A stretch of 64,000 nt of DNA from an uncultured candidate division WWE3 bacterium (GTDB lineage Bacteria > Patescibacteriota > WWE3 > UBA101185 > UBA10185): assembly GCA_903879985.1 (NCBI GenBank), contig CAIRNR010000007.1, positions 151,665 to 215,664 on the forward strand, read 5' to 3'. The stretch's first letter is position 1. Each line of letters starts with the position of its first letter. This document shows positions 40,646-49,895 of this stretch, in pieces. The position numbers were made by a program, and so were the translations under genes. The notes under the pieces were generated by a model. That model was not told the DNA's origin. It worked only from the letters and a program-made list of their open reading frames with translations, and searched no databases.

Positions 40646-41875
40646 TTATATTGTACTACAAAGCAATTCTTCTAATTTTTTAACATTTTTGTTGAGATCA
40701 AATAATTCTTTGGCTTTTAAACTAGCGTTTGTGGTCAATTTTGTAGCTAAGTCTTTATTCTGAAGTACCGTTTTAAGGGCCTCAGCCAGCTTTTGAGAGT
40801 CTTTTTGAGGCACCAACAAACCTGTTTCGTTATTTACAATTAAATCAGTGGTACTGCCCGAATCTGTTGAAACCATAGGAACTTTATAAAAAGCACCCTC
40901 AACTAAAACATTCGGAATACCATCGGCATCGCCACTTTCGGCTGTAATGCCCGGAAATGCGACAACGTCTGCCATTAAGTAGCACTTTTCTATTTCGCTG
41001 TATACCACACCCTGGCCATCTCCTAAAATCTTAACTGTGCTCTCAAGATGTTTGTCAGCAATAAGTTTCATTATTTCGGCATAAGCCTCGGGAGTACCAC
41101 CACCTGCGATGTACAAATAATGGTCCACACCGGAGTCTATTAATATTTTAGAAGCTTCTATCAAATACTTTTGTCCTTTTTTCTCTACCAACCGTCCGAC
41201 ATTAAAAATTAATGGTTTGTCCAGCTTTTTTACTTCAGCTAAAGCTTCCCCAGACTGCAACTCTTTTCCAAAATCAATTCCGTGAAACTGCAAAAACACC
41301 TTTGACTGTAAAGACTTATCTAACTTATTCAAAACAAAGTTGTAGGCATTTCTGTTACAAATAACAATAAACTTTGCCGTTTTTGCCTTTTCCTGCAAAT
41401 ATTCACCTTCTACTAAAATATCTATAGCGTGTCCGGAAATTGCGTAGGGTATGCGTAAAATTGCAGAAACCAACATTATCAAGGTTGAAGGATACGACAA
41501 AAAATGTACAAAAATAATATCCGGGTTAAAATCTTTTATTTTACGAGCAAAACCTACAGCTTTTATAAGAGTATAAATTTTGCCAAATGAAAAAGGTGTT
41601 GATTTTAATAAAGAATAAGCTCGTAGAATTCGGGGTAAGTAATCAAACCACATTGGAAACGAAAGTAACAAGTCCAAAACATTTAACTTGTAATAACTAA
41701 CCTTATCCACCAAATTCGGCGATACCATACCTTGACCCTTTTCTAAAGAAAGAATCTTGATATCTAGTACCGCCGATTCGGTCATTTTCGATATTTCACG
41801 ATCGATAAAAGTTTCCGAAAGTACAGGAAACTTTGGTACAAAGACTAATACTTTTTTCTTAATGTCCATTTCCAT
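40646..41875 (-). CDS. Glycosyltransferase family 4.
   Basis: DGIPNVLVEGAFYKVPMVSTDSGSTTDLI motif. Confidence 0.85.
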   Translation of the reverse strand: MEMDIKKKVLVFVPKFPVLSETFIDREISKMTESAVLDIKILSLEKGQGMVSPNLVDKVSYYKLNVLDLLLSFPMWFDYLPRILRAYSLLKSTPFSFGKIYTLIKAVGFARKIKDFNPDIIFVHFLSYPSTLIMLVSAILRIPYAISGHAIDILVEGEYLQEKAKTAKFIVICNRNAYNFVLNKLDKSLQSKVFLQFHGIDFGKELQSGEALAEVKKLDKPLIFNVGRLVEKKGQKYLIEASKILIDSGVDHYLYIAGGGTPEAYAEIMKLIADKHLESTVKILGDGQGVVYSEIEKCYLMADVVAFPGITAESGDADGIPNVLVEGAFYKVPMVSTDSGSTTDLIVNNETGLLVPQKDSQKLAEALKTVLQNKDLATKLTTNASLKAKELFDLNKNVKKLEELLCSTI

Positions 41876-43235
41876 TAGTTAAGAATGCCGATCTTTGATC
41901 AGATTTTCTGGAGTCAATTTTTTCTACTCCATTTGTTCTTTTTCCAATAGCAAAATAAGTATAACCGGATTTTTGAACAGCTTCTTTATCTAACATGTTT
42001 CTACCATCAAAAATTATTGGCTCCTTTAATAAACTCTTTACTTTTTCAAGATCAATTCCTGAAAATTCTTTCCATTCGGTTAATATGAACAAAGCATCAG
42101 CGCCTTCCATTGTTTCGTAAGAACTTTTGCAATATTCAACAGATACATCACCCAATACTTTTTTAGCGTTATCCATAGCTTCTGGATCGTAAACTTTAAG
42201 TTTAGCGCCCATACCGCGAAGCAACTTAACGATTTCAATAGAAACGGATTCTCTAATATCGTCGGTGTCACCTTTAAAGGCTAAACCTAAAACTGCGAGT
42301 GTTTTGCCACTCAAGTTTTTACCTAACAATCGTGTGACTTTAAATACAAAATGATCTTTTTGAGCTTTGTTAACTTCCATAACTCCTCGGAGCAAACTAA
42401 AGTCATAGTCCTGGTCAGTTGATGTTTTATACAAAGCGGCTACGTCCTTTGGGAAGCAACTTCCACCGTAACCAATTCCTGCGTTCAAAAAAGCTGGGCC
42501 AACTCGGCGATCTAAACCCATACCTTTTGCAACTGTACAAACGTCGGCACCGGCACGTTCGCATAACTGAGCCATCTCGTTGATAAAGGTAATTTTTGTA
42601 GCTAAAAATCCATTTGAAGCGTACTTAATCATTTCTGCAGAACGTAAATCACAAGCAACGATTGGTTTTCCAAGATGCGTGTACAAACGAGTCATAACTT
42701 CTAATGCTTTTGCTGTTTCTGTACCTACAACTGTTCTATCAGGAACTTTCATATCATCAACAGATGAACCTTCTCTTAAAAATTCCGGATTTGAAGCAAC
42801 ATCAAACTCCATACCTTCTTTAGCGTTGGCTCTGATAATAGTTTTAACTTTTTCATTTGTTCCAACAGGAACTGTACTTTTTGTAACAATAACTTTGTAA
42901 CCTGTTAAGTTTTTTCCTATTTCTTCTGCTACTTCCCAAACCGCGGATAAATCGGCGGCGCCGGTTTCACTTTGAGGGGTTCCAACGCAAACAAAAACTA
43001 TTTCGGCGTCTTTAATACCGTCGGCAACTGAGGTCGTAAAAGTTAAACGATTTTCCTTAATATTATTCAAAACAATTTCAGAAAGACCTGGCTCGTAAAT
43101 TGGCATATCTCCAGCTTTAATTCTTTCTATTTTTGAGGCATCTTTATCTACACCAATTACTTCATTGCCCCAGTCAGAAAATATAGCGGCTCCTACTAAA
43201 CCAACGTATCCGGTTCCAATTACACATAACTTCAT
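41859..43235 (-). CDS. ugd: UDP-glucose 6-dehydrogenase (nucleotide-sugar dehydrogenase).
   Basis: MKLCVIGTGYVGLVGAAIFSDWGNEVIGVDKD NAD-binding N-terminus and a GGSCFPKD active-site motif. Confidence 0.85.
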   Translation of the reverse strand: MKLCVIGTGYVGLVGAAIFSDWGNEVIGVDKDASKIERIKAGDMPIYEPGLSEIVLNNIKENRLTFTTSVADGIKDAEIVFVCVGTPQSETGAADLSAVWEVAEEIGKNLTGYKVIVTKSTVPVGTNEKVKTIIRANAKEGMEFDVASNPEFLREGSSVDDMKVPDRTVVGTETAKALEVMTRLYTHLGKPIVACDLRSAEMIKYASNGFLATKITFINEMAQLCERAGADVCTVAKGMGLDRRVGPAFLNAGIGYGGSCFPKDVAALYKTSTDQDYDFSLLRGVMEVNKAQKDHFVFKVTRLLGKNLSGKTLAVLGLAFKGDTDDIRESVSIEIVKLLRGMGAKLKVYDPEAMDNAKKVLGDVSVEYCKSSYETMEGADALFILTEWKEFSGIDLEKVKSLLKEPIIFDGRNMLDKEAVQKSGYTYFAIGKRTNGVEKIDSRKSDQRSAFLTNGNGH

Positions 43236-43984
43236 AAGTTATATTTTCCTTTCATATAATTAAACTTAATTAAAATTAAATCCTTAACCATTTTGATAGA
43301 ATCTGAGATTGCACTTAACCTGGTAGTTTTAACATATGTCCAAACAACAGGAACATCTTTAACTTTGTAACCCATTTTTTTGGCTAAATATAAAACCTCT
43401 ACATCAAATGCTCCAAAGTAAGCGCGATCAAGTACTTTTGCCTCTTCTCCATATATTCTTAATCTAGAAAATATCTTTCTTGCTACATCTCCTTTAAAAA
43501 GCTTAAATCCACACTGAGTATCATTGATACCCGGTAACAATAGTATTTGAACTACTAAATTGAAAACGCGACCCATCAAATGTCGGTAAAAAGGCTCACC
43601 AACTCTTTTGGCGCCGTAACCTTCACGTGATGCGATTACAATATCGTAGTCCTGATCAATTACCCAAATAGAAAGTTTTTTTAATTCCTGAATTGGTGCA
43701 GAAAGATCTGCGTCACAAATATATACATACTTACCTTTTGACTGAGTAACACCAGTCCAAAGTGTAGGTCCCTTTCCTTTGTGTAGATTTTTTATTAATA
43801 CTATTTCGGGGTTAAGTCTGGCATATTCTTCAATAATTACAGCGCTGGTATCTTTACTACCATCATCAACAGTTATTATTTCGAAACTGGTAGAAAAGCC
43901 ACGCATGAAATTTAGAATTTGTGTAAGAGAAGCTGTTATTTTGTCTGACTCATTAAATACAGGTATAACGATTGAATATTCCAT
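43232..43984 (-). CDS. GT2 polyprenyl-phosphate sugar synthase (ArnC/GtrB/CsbB-like).
   Basis: YSIVIPVFNESDKI...TVDDGSKDTS...CDADL. Confidence 0.85.
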   Translation of the reverse strand: MEYSIVIPVFNESDKITASLTQILNFMRGFSTSFEIITVDDGSKDTSAVIIEEYARLNPEIVLIKNLHKGKGPTLWTGVTQSKGKYVYICDADLSAPIQELKKLSIWVIDQDYDIVIASREGYGAKRVGEPFYRHLMGRVFNLVVQILLLPGINDTQCGFKLFKGDVARKIFSRLRIYGEEAKVLDRAYFGAFDVEVLYLAKKMGYKVKDVPVVWTYVKTTRLSAISDSIKMVKDLILIKFNYMKGKYNL

Positions 43985-45124
43985 TTATTTAGATTTCCTC
44001 CAGATTATTTTACTATACATAGTAAAGTTCCAGATTAAGCCAAAAAGTACGCCAATTACAAAAGCTACGTTTGAAACGATAAATGTATTTCCAAAGGAAG
44101 CGGTTGCAATACCTACTAACTTTGAACGAATAAGTATCGGAACAAACGATACAACAACATAGAGTATCCAGCTTATCACCTTTTTGGTCATTCCTTCAAG
44201 TTTTCTTTCTTTAAAAGACCAATAGTTGTTTAACAAAAATGTTGTAATCATTGCGATTGTGCCTGACGTAAGTGCTGCGTAGTTAGAACTTAACAAGGTA
44301 ACACGTAATATGTTAAATAGTCCGGTATCAACAAATAGCCCTGTAAAACCTACAATACAAAATTTTAAAAAGTTTGGACTCATTAATGCAGTAACTTTTT
44401 TTCCAAAACGTAAAGTTAGAACAACTCGAAGTGAATCCATAAAATTATTGTTTTCCATTTTAGAGTTTCCGCGATCACGTAATCCAAATATAATTGGAAC
44501 TTCTTTAATTTTTGCACCTAGTTTATGCATTCTAAACAAAAGATCAATTTTGTAAGCAAAACCACCTGACAAAATATTATCGAGATCCAATTTATCTACA
44601 AAACCTTGAACGCGAGATGCTTTAAAACCCGAAGTAAAATCGTTAACGCTAAAAATACCTAAAACCATCTTTGAAAAAATATTTCCGCCAACACTTAAAA
44701 ATTTTCTATAGAGCGACCAGTCCTGTGGAATTCCACCGCCCTTTGTGAAGCGCGAGCCAATAACATAGTCATAACCTTGGGAAAATGGTTCTACGAGGCG
44801 TATAACATCTTTAGGATCATGTTGAAAGTCGGCATCCATCTCAACTAACACATCCGGTGATAAATTTCTCATGGCGTATTTAAAACCAAACGCATAAGCA
44901 GCACCAAGGCCAGCTTTTTTTTCTTCCATTAATAAATGTACAAAAGGATAGAGTGATTGTTTTTGTTTCACAACTTCAGCGGTACCATCAGGAGAATTTC
45001 CCTCAACAACCAAAACATGAAACTCGTTTGCTGGGTTTTGTTTAAACTCTTGTGCTAATGCTTCTATCATGAGGCCGATGTTCTCTGCCTCATTATATGT
45101 AGGTATAACAATAACAATCTTCAT
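43985..45124 (-). CDS. GT2 polyprenyl-phosphate glycosyltransferase fused to a C-terminal GtrA-like four-TM domain.
   Basis: MKIVIVIPTYNEAENI...EMDADFQHDP in the catalytic half. The C-terminal half has four TM helices like the GtrA family. Confidence 0.8.
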   Translation of the reverse strand: MKIVIVIPTYNEAENIGLMIEALAQEFKQNPANEFHVLVVEGNSPDGTAEVVKQKQSLYPFVHLLMEEKKAGLGAAYAFGFKYAMRNLSPDVLVEMDADFQHDPKDVIRLVEPFSQGYDYVIGSRFTKGGGIPQDWSLYRKFLSVGGNIFSKMVLGIFSVNDFTSGFKASRVQGFVDKLDLDNILSGGFAYKIDLLFRMHKLGAKIKEVPIIFGLRDRGNSKMENNNFMDSLRVVLTLRFGKKVTALMSPNFLKFCIVGFTGLFVDTGLFNILRVTLLSSNYAALTSGTIAMITTFLLNNYWSFKERKLEGMTKKVISWILYVVVSFVPILIRSKLVGIATASFGNTFIVSNVAFVIGVLFGLIWNFTMYSKIIWRKSK

Positions 45125-45127
45125 ATA

Positions 45128-45385
45128 TCAAATGTTTAGGGCAAAAAAGAGCAGTAAAAATATCAAAAAACCAAAAAGAATATACTCAAAGAAAATCGAC
45201 TTTGTAAGCCGAGATTCTAACGCATGATGAATTATACCCCATATAGCATAAAAACCAGAACTAATTCCAAATAGAACCATTAAAGCATTCTTCTCAAAAC
45301 GCAAATAGTAAAAAGCAGCTAGCAAAATAGTTGATGCTATTGCTAAGACAGCGTATTCAGCGATGTGACGAGCTTTTTCAGTCAT
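45128..45385 (-). CDS. Small three-TM membrane protein.
   Basis: 85 aa and hydrophobic. It is tightly packed between the CAP protein and GT2 genes. Confidence 0.45.
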   Translation of the reverse strand: MTEKARHIAEYAVLAIASTILLAAFYYLRFEKNALMVLFGISSGFYAIWGIIHHALESRLTKSIFFEYILFGFLIFLLLFFALNI

Positions 45386-45386
45386 A

Positions 45387-46358
45387 TTAAATAATTAATC
45401 CAGGCCTAAGTACAATCCAGATACTTAATATTACCATAATGAATATGGTGATATGCGCTATAGTATGGCCATTAAGCTTAGCAATACCTTTCTTTCGTGT
45501 ATACCAAATATCCAAAAACAATAGTAGTGTTAAAAATCCGGCAAACGATAACGTTACATATCTTGTTGCTGTTGCTACGTCGATAGCTGGCAAAACTGCA
45601 GGTTGTTTAATATTAACAACGGGTGCCGGTGCGCCTTCGGGCTGCGTGGCTTCACCTGTGGATATAGCAGCTTTACTTAACACATTGTCTTCTTCCTCTA
45701 CTGTTGCGACTTGATGAGGATCTCTGGGACGCCCAAACATTTGAACAACTAATGTAGTTTCATAGCCATCCAAAACACCGTTAACAACAGCAAAGCCAAC
45801 CTCGTCATAATTTGGGCTTAGTAAATTTTCCCGATGTGAAGGTGAGTTATACCAAGCAGTTACAACGTCTTGGGAAGTAGAAAAGTTTTTAGCCAAATTT
45901 TCTCCCGCATAAGTATAGTCATAGTTTTGTTTTAAAATAAAATCCCAAGGTTCACTTCCGCTGGGTGAAACGTGCGCCCAATATTGATCTTTAAACATGT
46001 TTGCAGCTTTCTCCTGTGCGGCTTCTGTTAATTTAGCGTTTACGCGTAACGCAGATAATCCTCGATCGGTTCTCATTTTATTTGAATCTACCAACAAATC
46101 TTTCATGTTAATACTTGAGGCATAACCTAAAACTCCTGGGGCAAACTTTGGAAAGAAACGCAAAGAACCAATAGTCAGCATAATCACCAAACAATAAATA
46201 ACTAAAGCTTTGTTTGATAATAAAGTTGCTCGACGTTTATGTTCAGGATGCGGCAAAAAATGGTATATAAATTGAAACTTATCAATTGATTTCGGGTTTT
46301 TACGCCAATACTTTACTATCGACGGATTTTGTTCTTTTGTTTTGGACAGGAGGGCCAT
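45387..46358 (-). CDS. Membrane-anchored CAP (SCP/PR-1, YkwD-like) domain protein.
   Basis: YAGENLAKNF...VVTAWYNSPSHRENLLSPNYDEVGFAV matches CAP-domain motifs. It has N-terminal and C-terminal TM helices. Confidence 0.7.
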   Translation of the reverse strand: MALLSKTKEQNPSIVKYWRKNPKSIDKFQFIYHFLPHPEHKRRATLLSNKALVIYCLVIMLTIGSLRFFPKFAPGVLGYASSINMKDLLVDSNKMRTDRGLSALRVNAKLTEAAQEKAANMFKDQYWAHVSPSGSEPWDFILKQNYDYTYAGENLAKNFSTSQDVVTAWYNSPSHRENLLSPNYDEVGFAVVNGVLDGYETTLVVQMFGRPRDPHQVATVEEEDNVLSKAAISTGEATQPEGAPAPVVNIKQPAVLPAIDVATATRYVTLSFAGFLTLLLFLDIWYTRKKGIAKLNGHTIAHITIFIMVILSIWIVLRPGLII

Positions 46359-46384
46359 TAGTAATTAGTATACAAGTTTAGAAG

Positions 46385-46996
46385 CTATATTTTAAGTGCT
46401 TGCTTTATTAATTCAAAAACTTCCTCTGGAGTACCGGTTCCGTTGACCTCAGTTAAAATTCCTTTGGCTTTGTAATATTCAACAACAGGAAAAGTTGATT
46501 CTTTGTAAACCTTTAATCTTTCTTTAACAACTTCTTCCTTATCGTCGTCACGCTGAGTCATCGGACCAACACATTTGCTTAGTTCTTCAGGAGGAAGTGT
46601 AAAAATGTTATATATTTTGCCATCAGCCGCACACATGCGTCTTCCTGTTATACGGCGCAAGGTTTCTTCCTCAGGAATATTAATATAAATTGCAGCATCT
46701 ACCGGAGGTTCATATAATTTAAGTTGAGTTAAATTGCGTCCGTAACCATCCAATATATAACCATTGGAGGTATCTAGCTTTTCAATGGCATCACGTAAAA
46801 CATCGGCAACTAAATCATCGGGCGATAAATCACCTGCGCCCATTATTTTTTTATTTTCAGCGTATCTTGGATGGGATTGAGATAAATTTCTAAGCAAAGC
46901 TCCAGTGGATATCAATGGGATATGTAAATATTCACTTAACTTTTGGCCTTGTGAGCCTTTACCACAGGCGGGCGGGCCATGAAGAATTATTTTCAT
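46385..46996 (-). CDS. adk: Adenylate kinase.
   Basis: MKIILHGPPACGKGSQ P-loop, with LID and NMP-binding segments. Confidence 0.9.
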   Translation of the reverse strand: MKIILHGPPACGKGSQGQKLSEYLHIPLISTGALLRNLSQSHPRYAENKKIMGAGDLSPDDLVADVLRDAIEKLDTSNGYILDGYGRNLTQLKLYEPPVDAAIYINIPEEETLRRITGRRMCAADGKIYNIFTLPPEELSKCVGPMTQRDDDKEEVVKERLKVYKESTFPVVEYYKAKGILTEVNGTGTPEEVFELIKQALKI

Positions 46997-47010
46997 ACGT
47001 TTAATATACC

Positions 47011-47277
47011 TTAAAGTCCTGGAATACCTAAGTCGCCTAATTGGCCTCTCATTTGTTTTTCGACTTTTTTGTCTACTTCTTTGTTAGCATCATTTATTAA
47101 TTCTCTCAAATCTTTGCGATCTTCGCCGTCGATTTCAAGCTTTTCAATATGCTTGTCGCCTCTTATGACAACACGCACGCCTGCTTTTGATTGTGTTACA
47201 AATATTTGAACCAACTGTTTTTTGATTTCGCTTTGTGTTTTTCTTAAGTTGTTTAAATCTTTAAATTTTTCAAACAT
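47011..47277 (-). CDS. ybaB: YbaB/EbfC-family nucleoid-associated protein.
   Basis: 88 aa. AGVRVVIRGDKHIEKLEID...DLRELINDANKE...GDLGIPGL follows the YbaB pattern, including the C-terminal G-x-PGL. Confidence 0.7.
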   Translation of the reverse strand: MFEKFKDLNNLRKTQSEIKKQLVQIFVTQSKAGVRVVIRGDKHIEKLEIDGEDRKDLRELINDANKEVDKKVEKQMRGQLGDLGIPGL

Positions 47278-47279
47278 AG

Positions 47280-48536
47280 TTATTGGAGAAATTTATCATA
47301 ATTTCGTTGAACCATCAAAGACTCTATTTGGCGAATCGTCTCAAGGACAACGGAAACTACAATTAACAAACCTGTGCCTCCTACTGTAAGTGTAGCAATT
47401 CCTACAAAAGACTGAACAATAAAAGGTAGTATAGCAATTAATCCCAAAAACACAGCACCTGCTAAAGTAATTCTGTTAACAATACCCTTAAGATATTGAG
47501 TAGTAGATTTTCCTGGGCGAATGCCTGGAATAAATCCACCGCGCTTTTTAACATCATCAGCAATTTTGTCAGGGCTAAATTGAACACTGGTGTAAAAATA
47601 GGTGAAAGCTACAACCAATATAAAGTACAAAGCATTATAACCGATAGATTTAGAACTAAAGTTAGTAGCTAAGAATAGTCCAATATGTTGCAAGGTGGCA
47701 TTACTGGCTGTCTGCAACGGGCCACTTAAAATAGATGGAATCATTACAACTGATACAGCGAAAATAATAGGAATAACTCCGGCTTGATTAATTTTGAGTG
47801 GTAAAAAGTTTGTAACTTTTTGATTTCTCACACCTGTGCGTCCGTATTCAATAACAATGTTTCTTGTACCTTCATTGACCATAACAACACCAACAACAAC
47901 CGCTAAAGCCAACGCAGCAAAAATAATACCATTAAAGGCATTGTCTGCGGTTAGTGAAGCTAGGAAACCGTAAGCAGCTTGTGGAAATCTTCCTATAATA
48001 CCAACAAAGATCAAAAGTGAAATACCGTTACCTACTCCGTATTCTGTAACCAAATCGCCAATCCAAACTAAGAGCATGGTTCCGGCTGTTAAGGTTAATA
48101 TCAAAATTATTAAATCAAATGGCAGTAAATTACCAATAACATGTTGCTTATTTAATAGGAAATATATGCCATAAGCTTGTAACAAAGTCATCGGAACAGT
48201 AATCAACTTTGTGTACATGTTAATTTTTTCACGACCATAATCGCCTTCCTTGGCCAACTCTTCCAATGAAGGAATCATCACCTGAAGTAATTGCAAAATA
48301 ATGGATGCGTTAATGTAAGGACCCAAACCTAATGTAACAATAGAAAAGTTTTGAAAACCACCGCCACTGAATAAATCAAACAAACCAAAGAAGGCGTTAC
48401 CTTGTAAATATGCGCGCACCGAAGCAATATCAACTCCTGGTAAAGGAGTATGCGCTAAAAGTCTAAAGACAATAATGATTCCAATAGTAAAGAGGATTTT
48501 TTTTCTTAATTCTGGATATCTAAATATATTATTCAT
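47280..48536 (-). CDS. secY: Preprotein translocase subunit SecY.
   Basis: 418 aa with 10 TM helices and characteristic SecY segments. Confidence 0.95.
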   Translation of the reverse strand: MNNIFRYPELRKKILFTIGIIIVFRLLAHTPLPGVDIASVRAYLQGNAFFGLFDLFSGGGFQNFSIVTLGLGPYINASIILQLLQVMIPSLEELAKEGDYGREKINMYTKLITVPMTLLQAYGIYFLLNKQHVIGNLLPFDLIILILTLTAGTMLLVWIGDLVTEYGVGNGISLLIFVGIIGRFPQAAYGFLASLTADNAFNGIIFAALALAVVVGVVMVNEGTRNIVIEYGRTGVRNQKVTNFLPLKINQAGVIPIIFAVSVVMIPSILSGPLQTASNATLQHIGLFLATNFSSKSIGYNALYFILVVAFTYFYTSVQFSPDKIADDVKKRGGFIPGIRPGKSTTQYLKGIVNRITLAGAVFLGLIAILPFIVQSFVGIATLTVGGTGLLIVVSVVLETIRQIESLMVQRNYDKFLQ

Positions 48537-48591
48537 TTAATGCACCGCTTCCACGAAAGCGCCGTGATATATACTACATATTCAACAAGGC

Positions 48592-49032
48592 TTATTCAAG
48601 AGTGGAACCGGACTTTTCAACGATTTCTTTTGAAGCTACTGAATACGAAAAACCTACTAATGTTAACTTCTTCTCTAGTTTACCATCTGCCAAAATCTTA
48701 ACGCCATACTTTGGTGCGCGTTTAATAATATTTTTCTTAATTAAATCAGCAATTGTAACTGTTGAACCTTCTTTGAATACATTTAAAGCATTCAAACTGA
48801 TTGTGAAAATATCTTTTTTAGTAGGATTGTTAAAACCACCCAATTGTGGAAGTCTTTTGTACAAAGGTACTTGTCCACCTTCAAAACCCATTTTTATTTT
48901 ATGGCCTTTTCTAGCTTTTTGACCTTTAGCACCACTACCAACGGTATGACCACCTTTACCACTACCAATTCCGCGGCCAATTATCATTTTCTTTTTTATG
49001 TTTTTTACTACGATTAAGTTAGATAGATCCAT
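48592..49032 (-). CDS. rplO: 50S ribosomal protein L15.
   Basis: Gly/Lys-rich N-terminus GRGIGSGKGGHTVGSGAKGQKARKG. Position in the spc order. Confidence 0.9.
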   Translation of the reverse strand: MDLSNLIVVKNIKKKMIIGRGIGSGKGGHTVGSGAKGQKARKGHKIKMGFEGGQVPLYKRLPQLGGFNNPTKKDIFTISLNALNVFKEGSTVTIADLIKKNIIKRAPKYGVKILADGKLEKKLTLVGFSYSVASKEIVEKSGSTLE

Positions 49033-49044
49033 ATTTTTCCTTTA

Positions 49045-49497
49045 TTAACCTTTTAGTTTTCCTAAAGCTTCAAGTGTGCAGCGAACATTACTAATTTTGT
49101 TATTTGCACCAATCATTTTTGCTGAAATGTCTTTAATACCTGATAATTCAACGACACTTCTAATAGAACCACCTGCAATTATTCCTGTTCCCTTTGGAGC
49201 TGGTTTTAAGATAACGTGTGCAGATTCGTATTTAGCACTAACTAAATGAGCAATAGAATTGTCTTTAAGCTTAACAACAATTAAATTTCTTTTAGCTTGG
49301 GCTACGGCTTTACCAATTGCTGTTGCAACATCCTTAGCTTTTGAGTAACCAGTGCCGACTTTTCCATTTTTGTTTCCTACAACGACAAGTGCTGCAAAAC
49401 TAATAGTGTTTCCACCTTTAGTCTTTTTGGAGACTCTTCGAATCTGTAATACTTTTTCTTCAAATTCGCCTTTTACAGCTGGTTCTCTTTGCATCAT
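49045..49497 (-). CDS. rpsE: 30S ribosomal protein S5.
   Basis: Sequence and operon position. Confidence 0.9.
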   Translation of the reverse strand: MMQREPAVKGEFEEKVLQIRRVSKKTKGGNTISFAALVVVGNKNGKVGTGYSKAKDVATAIGKAVAQAKRNLIVVKLKDNSIAHLVSAKYESAHVILKPAPKGTGIIAGGSIRSVVELSGIKDISAKMIGANNKISNVRCTLEALGKLKG

Positions 49498-49850
49498 AAA
49501 GTAATTCCTCCCTCTCTAACACCTTCTGCTAAGCGCTGAACTCTTCCTGCGTATTGATAACCATTTCTATCGAAAACAGCTAATTTAATTTTTGCTTCTT
49601 TTGCTCTTTCAGCTAATAATTTTCCTGTTTCAAAAGCAGCATCCTTTTTAGCTTTGCCTTCTAATTCTTTACTATCAGAAGAAGCTGCGGCTAAAGTTTT
49701 ACCGGTAACATCATCAATTAATTGGCAATAAATATATTTGTTAGATCTGAAAACAGAAAGTCTTGGTTTTTCGACTGTTCCAGTAATGTTCTTTCGAACT
49801 CTTAGTTTTCGTTTTTCTAATCTTGTTTTTCTTAGCATTACTTTATACAT
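49494..49850 (-). CDS. rplR: 50S ribosomal protein L18.
   Basis: Sequence and operon position. Confidence 0.9.
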   Translation of the reverse strand: MYKVMLRKTRLEKRKLRVRKNITGTVEKPRLSVFRSNKYIYCQLIDDVTGKTLAAASSDSKELEGKAKKDAAFETGKLLAERAKEAKIKLAVFDRNGYQYAGRVQRLAEGVREGGITL

Positions 49851-49895
49851 ATTTTTTTATTTTGCGAGCTTGTCGAGCAAAACAACGCGTTAGCG

